From the IMG/VR virus record IMGVR_UViG_3300031578_000104, positions 1 through 44,336 of that record: a stretch of 44,336 bases of DNA, one strand, 5' to 3'. Numbering within the stretch: position 1 is the first letter of the stretch; each line of letters begins with the position of its first letter. The notes under the pieces were generated by a model that was not told the DNA's origin, did not search any database, and saw only the letters and a list, made by a program, of their open reading frames with translations. Source of the DNA: a virus. This document shows positions 30,249 to 38,434 of the stretch, in pieces. Made by a program: the position numbers and the translations under genes.

Positions 30249-30779
30249 TTAGTACACCTTCCTGCTAAATAGGCTTAAACTCATGTACCAGACTGCCCTT
30301 TCTCGTATCCGCTTACAATGCCCCAGTTCATAATTCAGCTTCTTGCCTACATCCTCCCACTTCATGCCCTCGATATAAAAGAGGTTCACCACATCCTTTT
30401 CCTTTTGCAGCAGCGATCCGATTGCAATATCAATCTTCTGCAAGTCGGCCCTTGTGGTGTGCAATTCGTCTGTCTTGCCCTTTTTGTCTAGTACGAAGCT
30501 GCGCCACACTCGATGGAAGTCCTTCCGGTATTTCTCCCGCCACTCTTCGGCCACCCGGGCGGTCTTGTCGGTGGTTTCCGTCCCCATTGGCATACCGTTT
30601 ACCACCCTGGCATAGTACATCCCCTCAATGGCCTCTTCCTGCGTCTCCGTTACGCCTGCCCCCCCGATTGCAACCAGCTCATTTTCCAGTATGGCCACCC
30701 TTGCCTTCATGGCCCTATAGTTCTGTAGTTGTTCCTCGGTGCGCCTGTATAAGGTGCCTTTTTCGATGCCTGATGCCAT
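30249..30779 (-). CDS. ArpU/RinA-type late-gene transcriptional activator (sigma-70 region-4-like)
   Basis: ATG 30779 after AAGGGGGTGG. The N-terminal TEEQLQNYRAMKARVAILENEL and C-terminal LLQKEKDVVNLFYIEGMKWEDVGKKLNYELGHCKRIRERAV match the ArpU-family pattern. Confidence 0.65.
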   Translation of the reverse strand: MASGIEKGTLYRRTEEQLQNYRAMKARVAILENELVAIGGAGVTETQEEAIEGMYYARVVNGMPMGTETTDKTARVAEEWREKYRKDFHRVWRSFVLDKKGKTDELHTTRADLQKIDIAIGSLLQKEKDVVNLFYIEGMKWEDVGKKLNYELGHCKRIRERAVWYMSLSLFSRKVY

Positions 30780-30834
30780 CCCCGCCACCCCCTTGCCATA
30801 TTTCCCACCCGTGGTATAATAATTCTGAGCGTAT

Positions 30835-30862
30835 CCCTCGGGTGACCGGGGGTTATTTTTTA
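30835..30862 (+). terminator. Terminator-like hairpin on the + strand just upstream of the ArpU-like start
   Basis: ccctcgg-gtga-ccggggg (one G.U) followed by ttattttttat. Confidence 0.45.
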
Positions 30863-31007
30863 TCTAAATATGCACCACGCGACAAAGGCACTGCAAATGC
30901 AGGCCACTGATAATGTAACTGCTTGCGGACAAGTTAAATCAATCATTGTCCCGTTCCTACTGCGCTCATCGTTTCATCCCCCTTATTTTTACCGCCCCTG
31001 CGGTTAT

Positions 31008-31047
31008 TTTAAAAAGTAGCCCCGATCCGATTCCACGCGAACCGGGG
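31008..31047 (-). terminator. Rho-independent terminator ending the early/middle operon
   Basis: The - strand has a 10-bp stem ccccggttcg/cggatcgggg (two G.U), an 8-nt loop, then ctacttttt. Confidence 0.65.
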
Positions 31048-31182
31048 CCAATTGCCTAAGATACGCCAAGACTACCTCCCTTCGTATTTATTCCTCACAC
31101 TACTACTGTTACTCCCCCCGGTGACCGGTGCTGGCCTCCTTTAAGGGGGAAGGGTTTTGGCGTGGTGTCTTTAAATTGTTCA

Positions 31183-31413
31183 TTAATTTATCGATTTTAC
31201 CGACCTTTTTAATTGGTTGAAAATTTTCTTGATTATTTTATTATTTTCACTGTCTGCCAAACAACTATTAAACAATAATGTTAATCTAGCATGATTTAAA
31301 TTATTAAACTTCTCTATGCTTTCAGGACTCGCTTTCAATCCTTGCTCCTCTAATTGTTTTTCTATCGGGGCCGCTAAAGCCCCAAAGTGTACGCCCATTC
31401 CTTTTTCATTCAT
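31183..31413 (-). CDS. Hypothetical protein (AT-rich gene)
   Basis: 76-aa ORF; its 3' half is visibly more AT-rich than its surroundings. Confidence 0.55.
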   Translation of the reverse strand: MNEKGMGVHFGALAAPIEKQLEEQGLKASPESIEKFNNLNHARLTLLFNSCLADSENNKIIKKIFNQLKRSVKSIN

Positions 31414-31452
31414 AATCTCACTCCTTTTTACTGCACAACATTACCATTAAAT

Positions 31453-31686
31453 TCACTTCCACCCCTTAACCTCGGCCAACCCTGCGCTCAAGTCCTGACT
31501 GATAAAGTTTATCGCTTCCTGCTGGGTTTTTAGGTCGGTCAGCTCGGTGTTTAGTTGGCTGACTTGTCTTTTTAAATCATCAATCAACTTCTTTTGCTTA
31601 ATATCTACGTCAATGCTTAGGTAGACCGAAAAAAGAAGTGCCGCCATTACTGAAAAGAATAAGATGTTGTTTAGTAGTTTTTTCAT
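31453..31686 (-). CDS. Membrane-anchored coiled-coil protein
   Basis: ATGA-coupled start at 31686. TM helix ILFFSVMAALLFSVYL followed by a heptad-like region. Confidence 0.55.
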   Translation of the reverse strand: MKKLLNNILFFSVMAALLFSVYLSIDVDIKQKKLIDDLKRQVSQLNTELTDLKTQQEAINFISQDLSAGLAEVKGWK

Positions 31687-31901
31687 TGTCCCACCGTCCT
31701 TTTCATCCAATCCCAGCCATTCCGCCTACACTTCGCCTCACCTTTCACCGGACAATCATCCTCGCAAGCTTGCCGATAAAAGGTTGTAGGGTATAAGCAG
31801 CAGTATTCTGAGTAAATCATCCTCGCATCTTTCCGACTGAAGCGGACAGGCTTCTTCGCTCGCCTTACCCCCTCATATCTTAGGCCGGGGAAGCCGTACA
31901 T
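31683..31901 (-). CDS. Cys-rich hypothetical protein
   Basis: ATG 31901 after GAGGGGGTGA; 72 aa, six Cys. Confidence 0.5.
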   Translation of the reverse strand: MYGFPGLRYEGVRRAKKPVRFSRKDARMIYSEYCCLYPTTFYRQACEDDCPVKGEAKCRRNGWDWMKRTVGQ

Positions 31902-31929
31902 GGGATCACCCCCTCTATTAGGCACTCTT

Positions 31930-32280
31930 TTACTTTACCTCTAAAAAGTCAATGTCTGGATACCTAAACTTCAACAACTTAACCCTGATGGTATACTGCT
32001 GTGTCCTGACTCCCTTAACGTCAATTACCTGTTTTCGGCCATCAGATAAAGTTATTTCAAAATCTGCCGTGTATGTAATAGGGAGAATTGTCTTACTATT
32101 ATGTTTAAATTTTGGCATTAGCTCATATTTTGGCTGTAGTCTGATTTCTTTTATCTCTCCGGCCATTTTGCGATATTTTAACTCCTGGTAGTAGCTGGAT
32201 TCGCGCTTTGAGTCAAAGGTATATCCGTCAACCTCAACCTTTGTGTTGTGATATTTCCTCGGCATTGGTTTTACCGGCAT
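31930..32280 (-). CDS. DUF1064-family protein (putative endonuclease/resolvase-like)
   Basis: 116 aa. KYHNTKVEVDGYTFDSKRESSYYQELK and ...ADFEIT...IDVKG are family hallmarks. Confidence 0.75.
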   Translation of the reverse strand: MPVKPMPRKYHNTKVEVDGYTFDSKRESSYYQELKYRKMAGEIKEIRLQPKYELMPKFKHNSKTILPITYTADFEITLSDGRKQVIDVKGVRTQQYTIRVKLLKFRYPDIDFLEVK

Positions 32281-32291
32281 TACTCCACCCC

Positions 32292-32549
32292 CTAAAACCT
32301 ATTTGCCACCAACATTTCCCGGACAGCCGGGGTAAATTTCTTCGGCTCCCCAAAGGCTCCCCCGGGGCGCTGCCCGATCTTCCCCCTGTCGGCCTGGTCA
32401 ATTACGATAAAAGCTATCTCTGCCGGTTTACGCTTCAATTTTTGTGCAATATCGGCTATGTCATTGCCGTTTTTCCAGAGGTTGCGGAACTTAGTTAGGT
32501 CCTCCGGGGTCCACTGAAAATTGTATTGTTCACAGGCTGTGTGGATCAT
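32292..32549 (-). CDS. Small HTH (Myb/GcrA-N-like) protein
   Basis: 85 aa; WTPEDLTKFRNLWKNGNDIADIAQKLKRKPAEI. Confidence 0.35.
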   Translation of the reverse strand: MIHTACEQYNFQWTPEDLTKFRNLWKNGNDIADIAQKLKRKPAEIAFIVIDQADRGKIGQRPGGAFGEPKKFTPAVREMLVANRF

Positions 32550-33162
32550 GGGTCTCTTCCACCTCCCTGATTATCCAGCCAATTAACTTGCCGATTGCCG
32601 GCACGACTGCGTTTCCGCACATTCTGGCAATTGCTGCTTCAGAAAATCCAGCAAACCATCCCGGAGGGAATCCGGCAAAGGCTGTTCGCTCATCACCGTC
32701 CAAGATTCGGAGTGCTCCGTCAAAAACATAACTGTCGCGGGAATCGTATCTGCGCCGGTTTGTAGTAAGACACGGAATGACCTGCCTCTCGCCACAGCGC
32801 GGCGAATAATACCTCTGACTCCTCTGGGCTTGACATAGCTGTCCTGCATGGCTTGGCCAGGAGGTTTTAATACTTCCGATAATAAAATCCCTGACCCTTT
32901 GTTGCCCTGTAAACGTACTGGCGTCCGTCCGGATAATAGCGCATCGGTATCCAAGTACATCCAGTGCGGCTTCAAAGTGGACATCATCTGGTGCAGGAAC
33001 ATTTTCGCGGACCACCCACCGGGGCAGGCCGGGGTAATGCTTTTCTAGAACCTGCTGACATATGCGGTTTTTCTCAACCTGCCACGCCGGTTTAAATCCT
33101 GCATCCTCAAACCCTTTGTCTAGGCCGCCAGCTCCCGAAAATAAACTCCCAAACGTCAGCAC
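32530..33162 (-). CDS. DNA (cytosine-5) methyltransferase-like protein lacking the catalytic motif IV region
   Basis: GTG 33162 after GGGAGGGG. Motif I FSGAGGLD, motif VI RENV, motif VIII QQRVRDFIIG and motif X GNAVVP are present. No PCQ motif; KHYPGLP is joined directly to RWVVRENV. Confidence 0.7.
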   Translation of the reverse strand: MLTFGSLFSGAGGLDKGFEDAGFKPAWQVEKNRICQQVLEKHYPGLPRWVVRENVPAPDDVHFEAALDVLGYRCAIIRTDASTFTGQQRVRDFIIGSIKTSWPSHAGQLCQAQRSQRYYSPRCGERQVIPCLTTNRRRYDSRDSYVFDGALRILDGDERTAFAGFPPGWFAGFSEAAIARMCGNAVVPAIGKLIGWIIREVEETHDPHSL

Positions 33163-33197
33163 CTCAACCCCTCCCTTTCCTCCCAACTCTCCACGGC

Positions 33198-33398
33198 CTA
33201 TTTTGCCACCCTGGCGATCTGCGGTTCCCAATTATGTGGCGGGGCACTCCTGAACTCAGCTAACCCCTCAGTCAACACCTCGCCCCTTACCCCAGAAAGG
33301 TGCTTTCTCATGTACCTTCCTTGCCCGGCTATCGGCATTTTTAGCAGTGTGTCCCTGTGCTCCTTGCACCACTCGTAAACCTGCCATTTGTTCATCAT
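33198..33398 (-). CDS. Hypothetical protein overlapping the dnaB 3' end in another frame
   Basis: 66 aa, ATG after GAAAGGGA. The sequence MMNKWQVYEWCKEHRDTLLK... looks protein-like, whereas the co-located DnaB tail is Arg/Gly-rich. Confidence 0.4.
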   Translation of the reverse strand: MMNKWQVYEWCKEHRDTLLKMPIAGQGRYMRKHLSGVRGEVLTEGLAEFRSAPPHNWEPQIARVAK

Positions 33399-34722
33399 TT
33401 ACATCCCTTTCAATCTCCAAAAATCTTGTTGACTCCTTAGCGAAGAATATTTCAAGTTTGCCCGTGGGGCCGTTGCGCTGCTTGGCTAAAATAACCTCGG
33501 CAATACCCTTCTTGTCTGACTTTTCCCGCTTGTAATGCTCATCCCGGTATAGGAACATCACCACATCAGCATCTTGCTCCAAGTCTCCTGACTCCCGGAG
33601 ATCCCTTAACTGCGGCCTTTTATCTTTCTCGCTTTCTGCCCCCCGGTTAAGCTGACACAGGAGCACTACCGGTATATTTAGTTCTTTGGCCAACTCTTTC
33701 AGGTCTTTGGATATTTCCCCGACCTCCATGTAGCGTTTTTCCGCTTTCCTGGCTGACCTTATAAAGCCAAGATGATCAATAAAAACCATGTCAAGACCCA
33801 TAGTCACCTTCATTTTGCGACATCTATGCGCTATATCGATGGTGGTCAACCTTGTGGTATCGTCGATGTAAACCCCTGACTGTATAAGCGTTGACCCTGC
33901 TGCAGATATGCGATCCCATTCTCCCGCACTCAACATTCCAACTCTGACGTTTTGCGCTGACACTGCACCCTCGTTAACAAGTAACTTTTCAATCATCTGC
34001 CGCCTGGACATTTCCAGGGAAAAGAATGCAACTTTTGCCCCGTGGTTTACTGCTGCCGTTTTTGCTTCTTGGGCAGCAAAGGTGGTTTTACCCATTGATG
34101 GTCTGCCGGCAATTATAATCAGGTCTCCCCGTTGGTATCCGGCAAGCCAGGCTGTCAGCACGGGATATCCTGTCGGTATGCCGGTGATAGTTTTTTTCCT
34201 GGCCCTATTTTCAATGTCCAGCATGACCGGCACTAATCCCTGTCCAATATGCTCAAGTCCACCCTTAACCGTTTTAACTTCAATGTTGGATAATTCTGCC
34301 TCAGCGTAGGTCAGTAATTCCATGGGACTTTCGTACTCTCCATTAAAAGCCTTAGCCTTTATTTTTTCCAGTGCTGACAGTGTTTTACGGGCTATTGCCT
34401 TGGACTCTACTATTTTGGCGTGCTGCTCAACAAAAGACGTTGATGCAAGACATCCAGTTAGCCCGGCAATAAACACGCTGCCGCCTATAGTTTCAAGCAT
34501 CCCTTTGTTTCTCAGGTAGTCGCACACACTTACCATGTCGGGGGTAGTTTTTTTGTTGATAAGGTGTGTGATGGCCTCAAATATTTCACCGTGGCCAGAT
34601 ATGTAAAAGTCACTCGGGGAAAGTATTTCCTGCGCCTTTTCTGCAGCCTCACGCTCCATTAGGCAAGCTCCTAATACTTGTCGTTCAGCTTCCTGGTCCT
34701 GGGGCTGTATTAAAGCGGCCAT
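33268..34722 (-). CDS. dnaB: Replicative DNA helicase DnaB
   Basis: 484 aa. N-terminal QDQEAERQVLGACL, Walker A GRPSMGKTTFA, Walker B MVFIDHLG, LAKELNIPVVLLCQLNR. Confidence 0.95.
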   Translation of the reverse strand: MAALIQPQDQEAERQVLGACLMEREAAEKAQEILSPSDFYISGHGEIFEAITHLINKKTTPDMVSVCDYLRNKGMLETIGGSVFIAGLTGCLASTSFVEQHAKIVESKAIARKTLSALEKIKAKAFNGEYESPMELLTYAEAELSNIEVKTVKGGLEHIGQGLVPVMLDIENRARKKTITGIPTGYPVLTAWLAGYQRGDLIIIAGRPSMGKTTFAAQEAKTAAVNHGAKVAFFSLEMSRRQMIEKLLVNEGAVSAQNVRVGMLSAGEWDRISAAGSTLIQSGVYIDDTTRLTTIDIAHRCRKMKVTMGLDMVFIDHLGFIRSARKAEKRYMEVGEISKDLKELAKELNIPVVLLCQLNRGAESEKDKRPQLRDLRESGDLEQDADVVMFLYRDEHYKREKSDKKGIAEVILAKQRNGPTGKLEIFFAKESTRFLEIERDVNDEQMAGLRVVQGAQGHTAKNADSRARKVHEKAPFWGKGRGVD

Positions 34723-35443
34723 CTTCTCTCATCCTCTCGATCAGGTCCTGCATGGCTATTTCATCGTCGGTTAGTTCTTGTGGTGGTGACTTCCCACCAC
34801 TTTTCTGCTCATCTTCCTCAAGCCTTTTAATAACCCAGTTCAGTATTGCCCGGTAATCAGATTTGTATTTTTTCCCGTTTGCCCCTTTGTAGTTGTCAAG
34901 GATTTCAATACATAGCCTAACCCTTTCCTCGCTGCCCAGTTTCGCCACAAGTGCCTTGTGCTCGGCATTGGTCAGGCTGACAAACTCGGCATATTTTTTT
35001 TTAAGGGGGGTAAGGGGGGTATTAGTATCTGTATCTGTATCTGTATCTGTATCTGAGTATGTATCGTGACTTCTCGTGACAACTAGTGACTGTTCCACTT
35101 TTTGTCGTGACCTTTGTTGTCTTTTCCTTTCCCTGGTGGCTTCCGGGGTATCTGATGGATTGTCGTAATTTCGTTTACGGAAGTTAATAAAGGTTATTTC
35201 TTCGTCAGTCACCTCGATAATACGGAGGCGTTCAAGGAGCTGGACGGTTTCGTTTAATGCGTCAATATCTCCATTTGAAACTTCAATAGCAAGTAACTCC
35301 GGATCGTATCCTGAGACGGTTCCCCGATTATCCTGCTCATTTACAAGGCAAAGAAGATTAAACCATATCCTGTGTTGACTATCGGTAAGTGACCTTATTT
35401 TTGCGTCATTCCTGGCCTCTGAGTACATCCGAAACCAATCCAA
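34685..35443 (-). CDS. Phage replisome organiser / DnaD-like replication initiation protein
   Basis: 252 aa. The N-terminal WFRMYSEARNDAKIRSL motif (Phage_rep_org_N), a (DT)n linker and a DnaD-like C-terminal half; immediately upstream of dnaB. Confidence 0.8.
   Translation of the reverse strand: MDWFRMYSEARNDAKIRSLTDSQHRIWFNLLCLVNEQDNRGTVSGYDPELLAIEVSNGDIDALNETVQLLERLRIIEVTDEEITFINFRKRNYDNPSDTPEATRERKRQQRSRQKVEQSLVVTRSHDTYSDTDTDTDTDTNTPLTPLKKKYAEFVSLTNAEHKALVAKLGSEERVRLCIEILDNYKGANGKKYKSDYRAILNWVIKRLEEDEQKSGGKSPPQELTDDEIAMQDLIERMREDGRFNTAPGPGS
35025..35054. repeat. Hexanucleotide microsatellite (GTATCT)x5 inside the replisome organiser gene
   Basis: Read directly; encodes DTDTDTDTDT. It is flanked by T9 (34994-35002) and two G6 runs (35005-10, 35014-19). 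Confidence 0.95.
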
Positions 35444-35462
35444 TCCCCACGCCCCCTACTCC

Positions 35463-35657
35463 CTACTCAGTCACAATCTTCCATGTCCCAAACAATATCT
35501 GGCTAGGTGAAAAACAAAAGTTCCTATAGTCATATATCTCGCCGTTGACAGTTAATTCATCGGTTATTACCTGATATATAACTGGACTTCCGTCACCGAC
35601 AGTGCAGCTAACCCTTTTACCTTCGCCTATTGCTTTTAATGCGTTCAGGAATTCCAT
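35463..35657 (-). CDS. DUF2829-like small protein (Tad2-type anti-Thoeris family candidate)
   Basis: 64 aa. The N-terminal MEFLNALKAIGEGKRV and C-terminal SQILFGTWKIV resemble DUF2829 end motifs. Weak; by memory only. Confidence 0.3.
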   Translation of the reverse strand: MEFLNALKAIGEGKRVSCTVGDGSPVIYQVITDELTVNGEIYDYRNFCFSPSQILFGTWKIVTE

Positions 35658-35669
35658 TGTTTAACCCCC

Positions 35670-35834
35670 TCACTTCCTAATCATCCTTAAGCACCCCTTA
35701 CCCCCATAAGCGCACCACGCACAATCAGGCTCCCCGCTCTCCGTCAGCCGCATCCTCTCGTAGCACTCAGGAGGGTATTTATCTCCCCACATCTGCCGCC
35801 AGGGGTAGGAGCAGGGAGGTTGTGGCTTATTCAT
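35670..35834 (-). CDS. Small Cys-rich protein (54 aa)
   Basis: Read manually: the ATG overlaps the upstream stop (ATGAATAA). Product MNKPQPPCSYPWRQMWGDKYPPECYERMRLTESGEPDCAWCAYGGKGCLRMIRK. Confidence 0.4.
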   Translation of the reverse strand: MNKPQPPCSYPWRQMWGDKYPPECYERMRLTESGEPDCAWCAYGGKGCLRMIRK

Positions 35835-36519
35835 GGGCAGTCAGCATTTCGAATTCAGTCACCCAGACCCAAGGATTACTATAAATAACCCAGGGTTTTC
35901 CCTTGAAGATACATGTTTCTTGGACGTCTTCCCAGGGGCAACTGTAATAAGAAACTATTTTTTCGTCCTCATACAAAGGTATGGGTTCGGAGTAGATGGA
36001 GTCCCATAGGGTATGATAGTCTTTGATTAACCATTCCTCAAAGTGCGGAAAAGCGCCGTTGAAAGGTCTAAATAATATTCCCTCTGCTCTACAATCAAAC
36101 GGTGTAATATCCTGCACCCTCTCCACCCTGACGTTTTTCACCGTAAGAAATAACCGGGCGGCTTCTCTAGGCATGTGGATAGAGGGGCGCCACTTCTTAC
36201 ATCCCCCTTCTCCACAACAATCGTTTCCTACAGTAGACCTATAACAATAGTCACTGTGTCCGGCAAATCTATTTGGTATAGTGTTTCTGTTTAGGCAAAA
36301 ATGTTGCCACGTTTCCCGCATCCAGAGAATGTCGCCGGACTGGTAGGGGGGTTTAATCCATCGCTGATTATCAACCCAAAAGGCTTCCGGTACCCTCTTT
36401 TTAGGGTCGCGTTCTATCGTTTTTGGTTGCGGCTTAATAATCCGCCTCGTCTGCATTTTCCGCCCATCCAGTATCGCCCTGACCATTTCCGTTGAGAACA
36501 GGATCGGTTTCTCAGCCAT
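35827..36519 (-). CDS. ASCH-domain-like protein
   Basis: ATG 36519. PILFSTEMVRAILDGRKMQTRR...PPYQSGDILWMRETW is the typical ASCH/PUA-like N-terminal pattern. Confidence 0.6.
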   Translation of the reverse strand: MAEKPILFSTEMVRAILDGRKMQTRRIIKPQPKTIERDPKKRVPEAFWVDNQRWIKPPYQSGDILWMRETWQHFCLNRNTIPNRFAGHSDYCYRSTVGNDCCGEGGCKKWRPSIHMPREAARLFLTVKNVRVERVQDITPFDCRAEGILFRPFNGAFPHFEEWLIKDYHTLWDSIYSEPIPLYEDEKIVSYYSCPWEDVQETCIFKGKPWVIYSNPWVWVTEFEMLTAHE

Positions 36520-36625
36520 CCGCTTCCACCTCCGTAACATCCTTTCCGCAGTACGGGCAAATCCAGGGCACGGCCCCGGCGCTGAATGACTCTTTGTTGC
36601 AGTGGGGGCAGATACGGCTAATCAT
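36512..36625 (-). CDS. Zinc-ribbon mini-protein (37 aa)
   Basis: ATGA-type overlap with the upstream stop. Product MISRICPHCNKESFSAGAVPWICPYCGKDVTEVEADG. Confidence 0.45.
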   Translation of the reverse strand: MISRICPHCNKESFSAGAVPWICPYCGKDVTEVEADG

Positions 36626-37253
36626 TGACCGGCACCTGGCCGACATACTCACATCTTTTCTCGCAATTCTTGCTATTCCCGCAGGTAAGACAGCAGGTAC
36701 GTCTGCCGGTAACAGCACAAACATCATGGACGGTGCATTCGTCCCCTTGCTGGTCTTCGCATAATTGCTTTACAGTACCCCCGTTGGCCTGGGCGGCCTG
36801 TTCGTGGGCGGCAATAGCGTCCCTTGTTTTGTTGATATGAAAGTCCGTAACCTCATCACTACCAACGGTAACAAGAGCGAAAATTAAGTTTTTTGCCGCC
36901 CGCACCACCGCCTCCATCTCTCGGTAGCGTGAAGACTGGGAGGGGGAGGATAGGGCCTGGTTAATTGCCTTTAGGGCCTCGTCCATTTTTTCCATAACAT
37001 ATGTCCAATATCTAAAGTCAGCATCACCCTTAATGGTCGATCTGTGTGCCTCAACTACATGTCTAAGTCGCTCAAATGGGTATTCTTCTCCGACACCAGC
37101 GTATGTCAATGCCTTACCTGCAACTTCCAACGCCTCCCGCAGCGCCGCATTCATATCGTGGGACTGCTGGAGCTGGGATTCAAGCTTACCTATTGAATCT
37201 TCCAAACTGTGTATTTCCTCAATGAGAATGCGATCCTCAATGTCTCTTTCCAT
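36618..37253 (-). CDS. Coiled-coil protein with a Cys-rich C-terminus
   Basis: 211-aa ORF, helical N-terminal region, CxxxxC...CCLTCGNSKNCEKRC tail. Confidence 0.6.
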   Translation of the reverse strand: MERDIEDRILIEEIHSLEDSIGKLESQLQQSHDMNAALREALEVAGKALTYAGVGEEYPFERLRHVVEAHRSTIKGDADFRYWTYVMEKMDEALKAINQALSSPSQSSRYREMEAVVRAAKNLIFALVTVGSDEVTDFHINKTRDAIAAHEQAAQANGGTVKQLCEDQQGDECTVHDVCAVTGRRTCCLTCGNSKNCEKRCEYVGQVPVND

Positions 37254-37319
37254 TCCTCACACCTCCTGGCTTATTCCGACTTAGGAGGCCGGTGGACTAT
37301 GGGCTGTGTCGGTAAGAGG

Positions 37320-37721
37320 TCAAAAAGGAAGGTCGTTTTCATCAAACGGCACTTCGGTGAATTCAGCGTCCTGCTGTCTACCTTGTGGCTGGACGCTATC
37401 TTTGCCCCGATCTAAGAACCTGATGTTCTCACAGATAACCTCTACCACCTTGCGTCTGACACCCTCTTTGTCATCGTAGGAACGTATTTCTAGCCTGCCA
37501 TCAACCACTACCATGTAGCCCTTTTTAACATGATTTGCGACTGTTTCAGCAAGGCCACGCCATGCTATACAGTCAATGAAGTCTGTTATTTTCTCGCCGT
37601 CTTTACTCTTAAAAGCACGGGCAACGGCAAGGGTAAACTTTGTTACTGCGACACCAGAGGGAGTGAACCTTAGTTCTGGATCTGCGGTTGTGCGGCCCAC
37701 TAAAATTATCTTGTTATACAT
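37320..37721 (-). CDS. ssb: Single-stranded DNA-binding protein
   Basis: 133 aa. MYNKIILVGRTTADPELRFTPSGVAVTKFTLAV OB-fold start and an acidic tail ending DENDLPF. Confidence 0.93.
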   Translation of the reverse strand: MYNKIILVGRTTADPELRFTPSGVAVTKFTLAVARAFKSKDGEKITDFIDCIAWRGLAETVANHVKKGYMVVVDGRLEIRSYDDKEGVRRKVVEVICENIRFLDRGKDSVQPQGRQQDAEFTEVPFDENDLPF

Positions 37722-37724
37722 TAA

Positions 37725-38423
37725 TTAGCCTGCCTTCCTCTGGTTAAACACCTTGACAATTCCCCTTGCTTCAGACTCGGAGAGGTCTTTAAGGGACCTT
37801 ATTTCCCTTTTTATCATCTGGGAGAGTCCTTGCTTGAATTCTTCCTCTGTCTTTCCGACCTCGCCTCTTATGGCGTGGAGTGCTTTGATTGTGATGGGTT
37901 GTATTGCATCCTTGGGTGTTTCCGGTTCTTCTGTCCCAGGTTTCGTCTGTCCCTGCCCATTCTGTGCCGCCTGGGGTGGTTTATTATACTTAGTCGTATC
38001 CTTATCCCAATAGACATCTGCACCAAACCCCAAAGCCTTACACGCCACCGATATTGCATCGGTCAGGGCCATCTTGAAACATTCATCTGAGGTATATGGT
38101 CCACTCTTTTCCTTGGCGACAAATGAGCTGCCCCCGGTGCCGGGTATTGCCTCAGACCATGCCCCTTCATACTTAAAAAACAGTTCAATGTTCACAAATG
38201 CCGCTATTTCATCATTGCCGCCATTCTCAAGCCACTGCTTTGCAATTACATATCTCCAACCGATACCGCAGGGGCCGAATAGTTCAGTAAGTTGTTTGAT
38301 CCTCCACATGGGATTGATGTCGCTTTTGCCGCTTAGCCTGCCGCCAGCTATTACTTTCAGGGCTTCCTTTGGCACTGCCCTGGCTTGGTTGTATATGTGC
38401 AAATTGCCAACCTGTGCCGACAT
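37725..38423 (-). CDS. Single-strand annealing recombinase (Rad52/Sak-like)
   Basis: 232 aa. GGRLSGKSDINPMWRIKQLTELFGPCGIGW resembles the Rad52-family core. Flanked by SSB and Gp157. Confidence 0.55.
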   Translation of the reverse strand: MSAQVGNLHIYNQARAVPKEALKVIAGGRLSGKSDINPMWRIKQLTELFGPCGIGWRYVIAKQWLENGGNDEIAAFVNIELFFKYEGAWSEAIPGTGGSSFVAKEKSGPYTSDECFKMALTDAISVACKALGFGADVYWDKDTTKYNKPPQAAQNGQGQTKPGTEEPETPKDAIQPITIKALHAIRGEVGKTEEEFKQGLSQMIKREIRSLKDLSESEARGIVKVFNQRKAG

Positions 38424-38434
38424 TGCTACCCCCC

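Noticed and set aside
32583-33002. 139-aa alternative-frame ORF inside the methyltransferase-like gene
   Set aside because: Methyltransferase motifs VI, VIII and X are all in the other frame. This frame has no SD and an Arg-rich composition.
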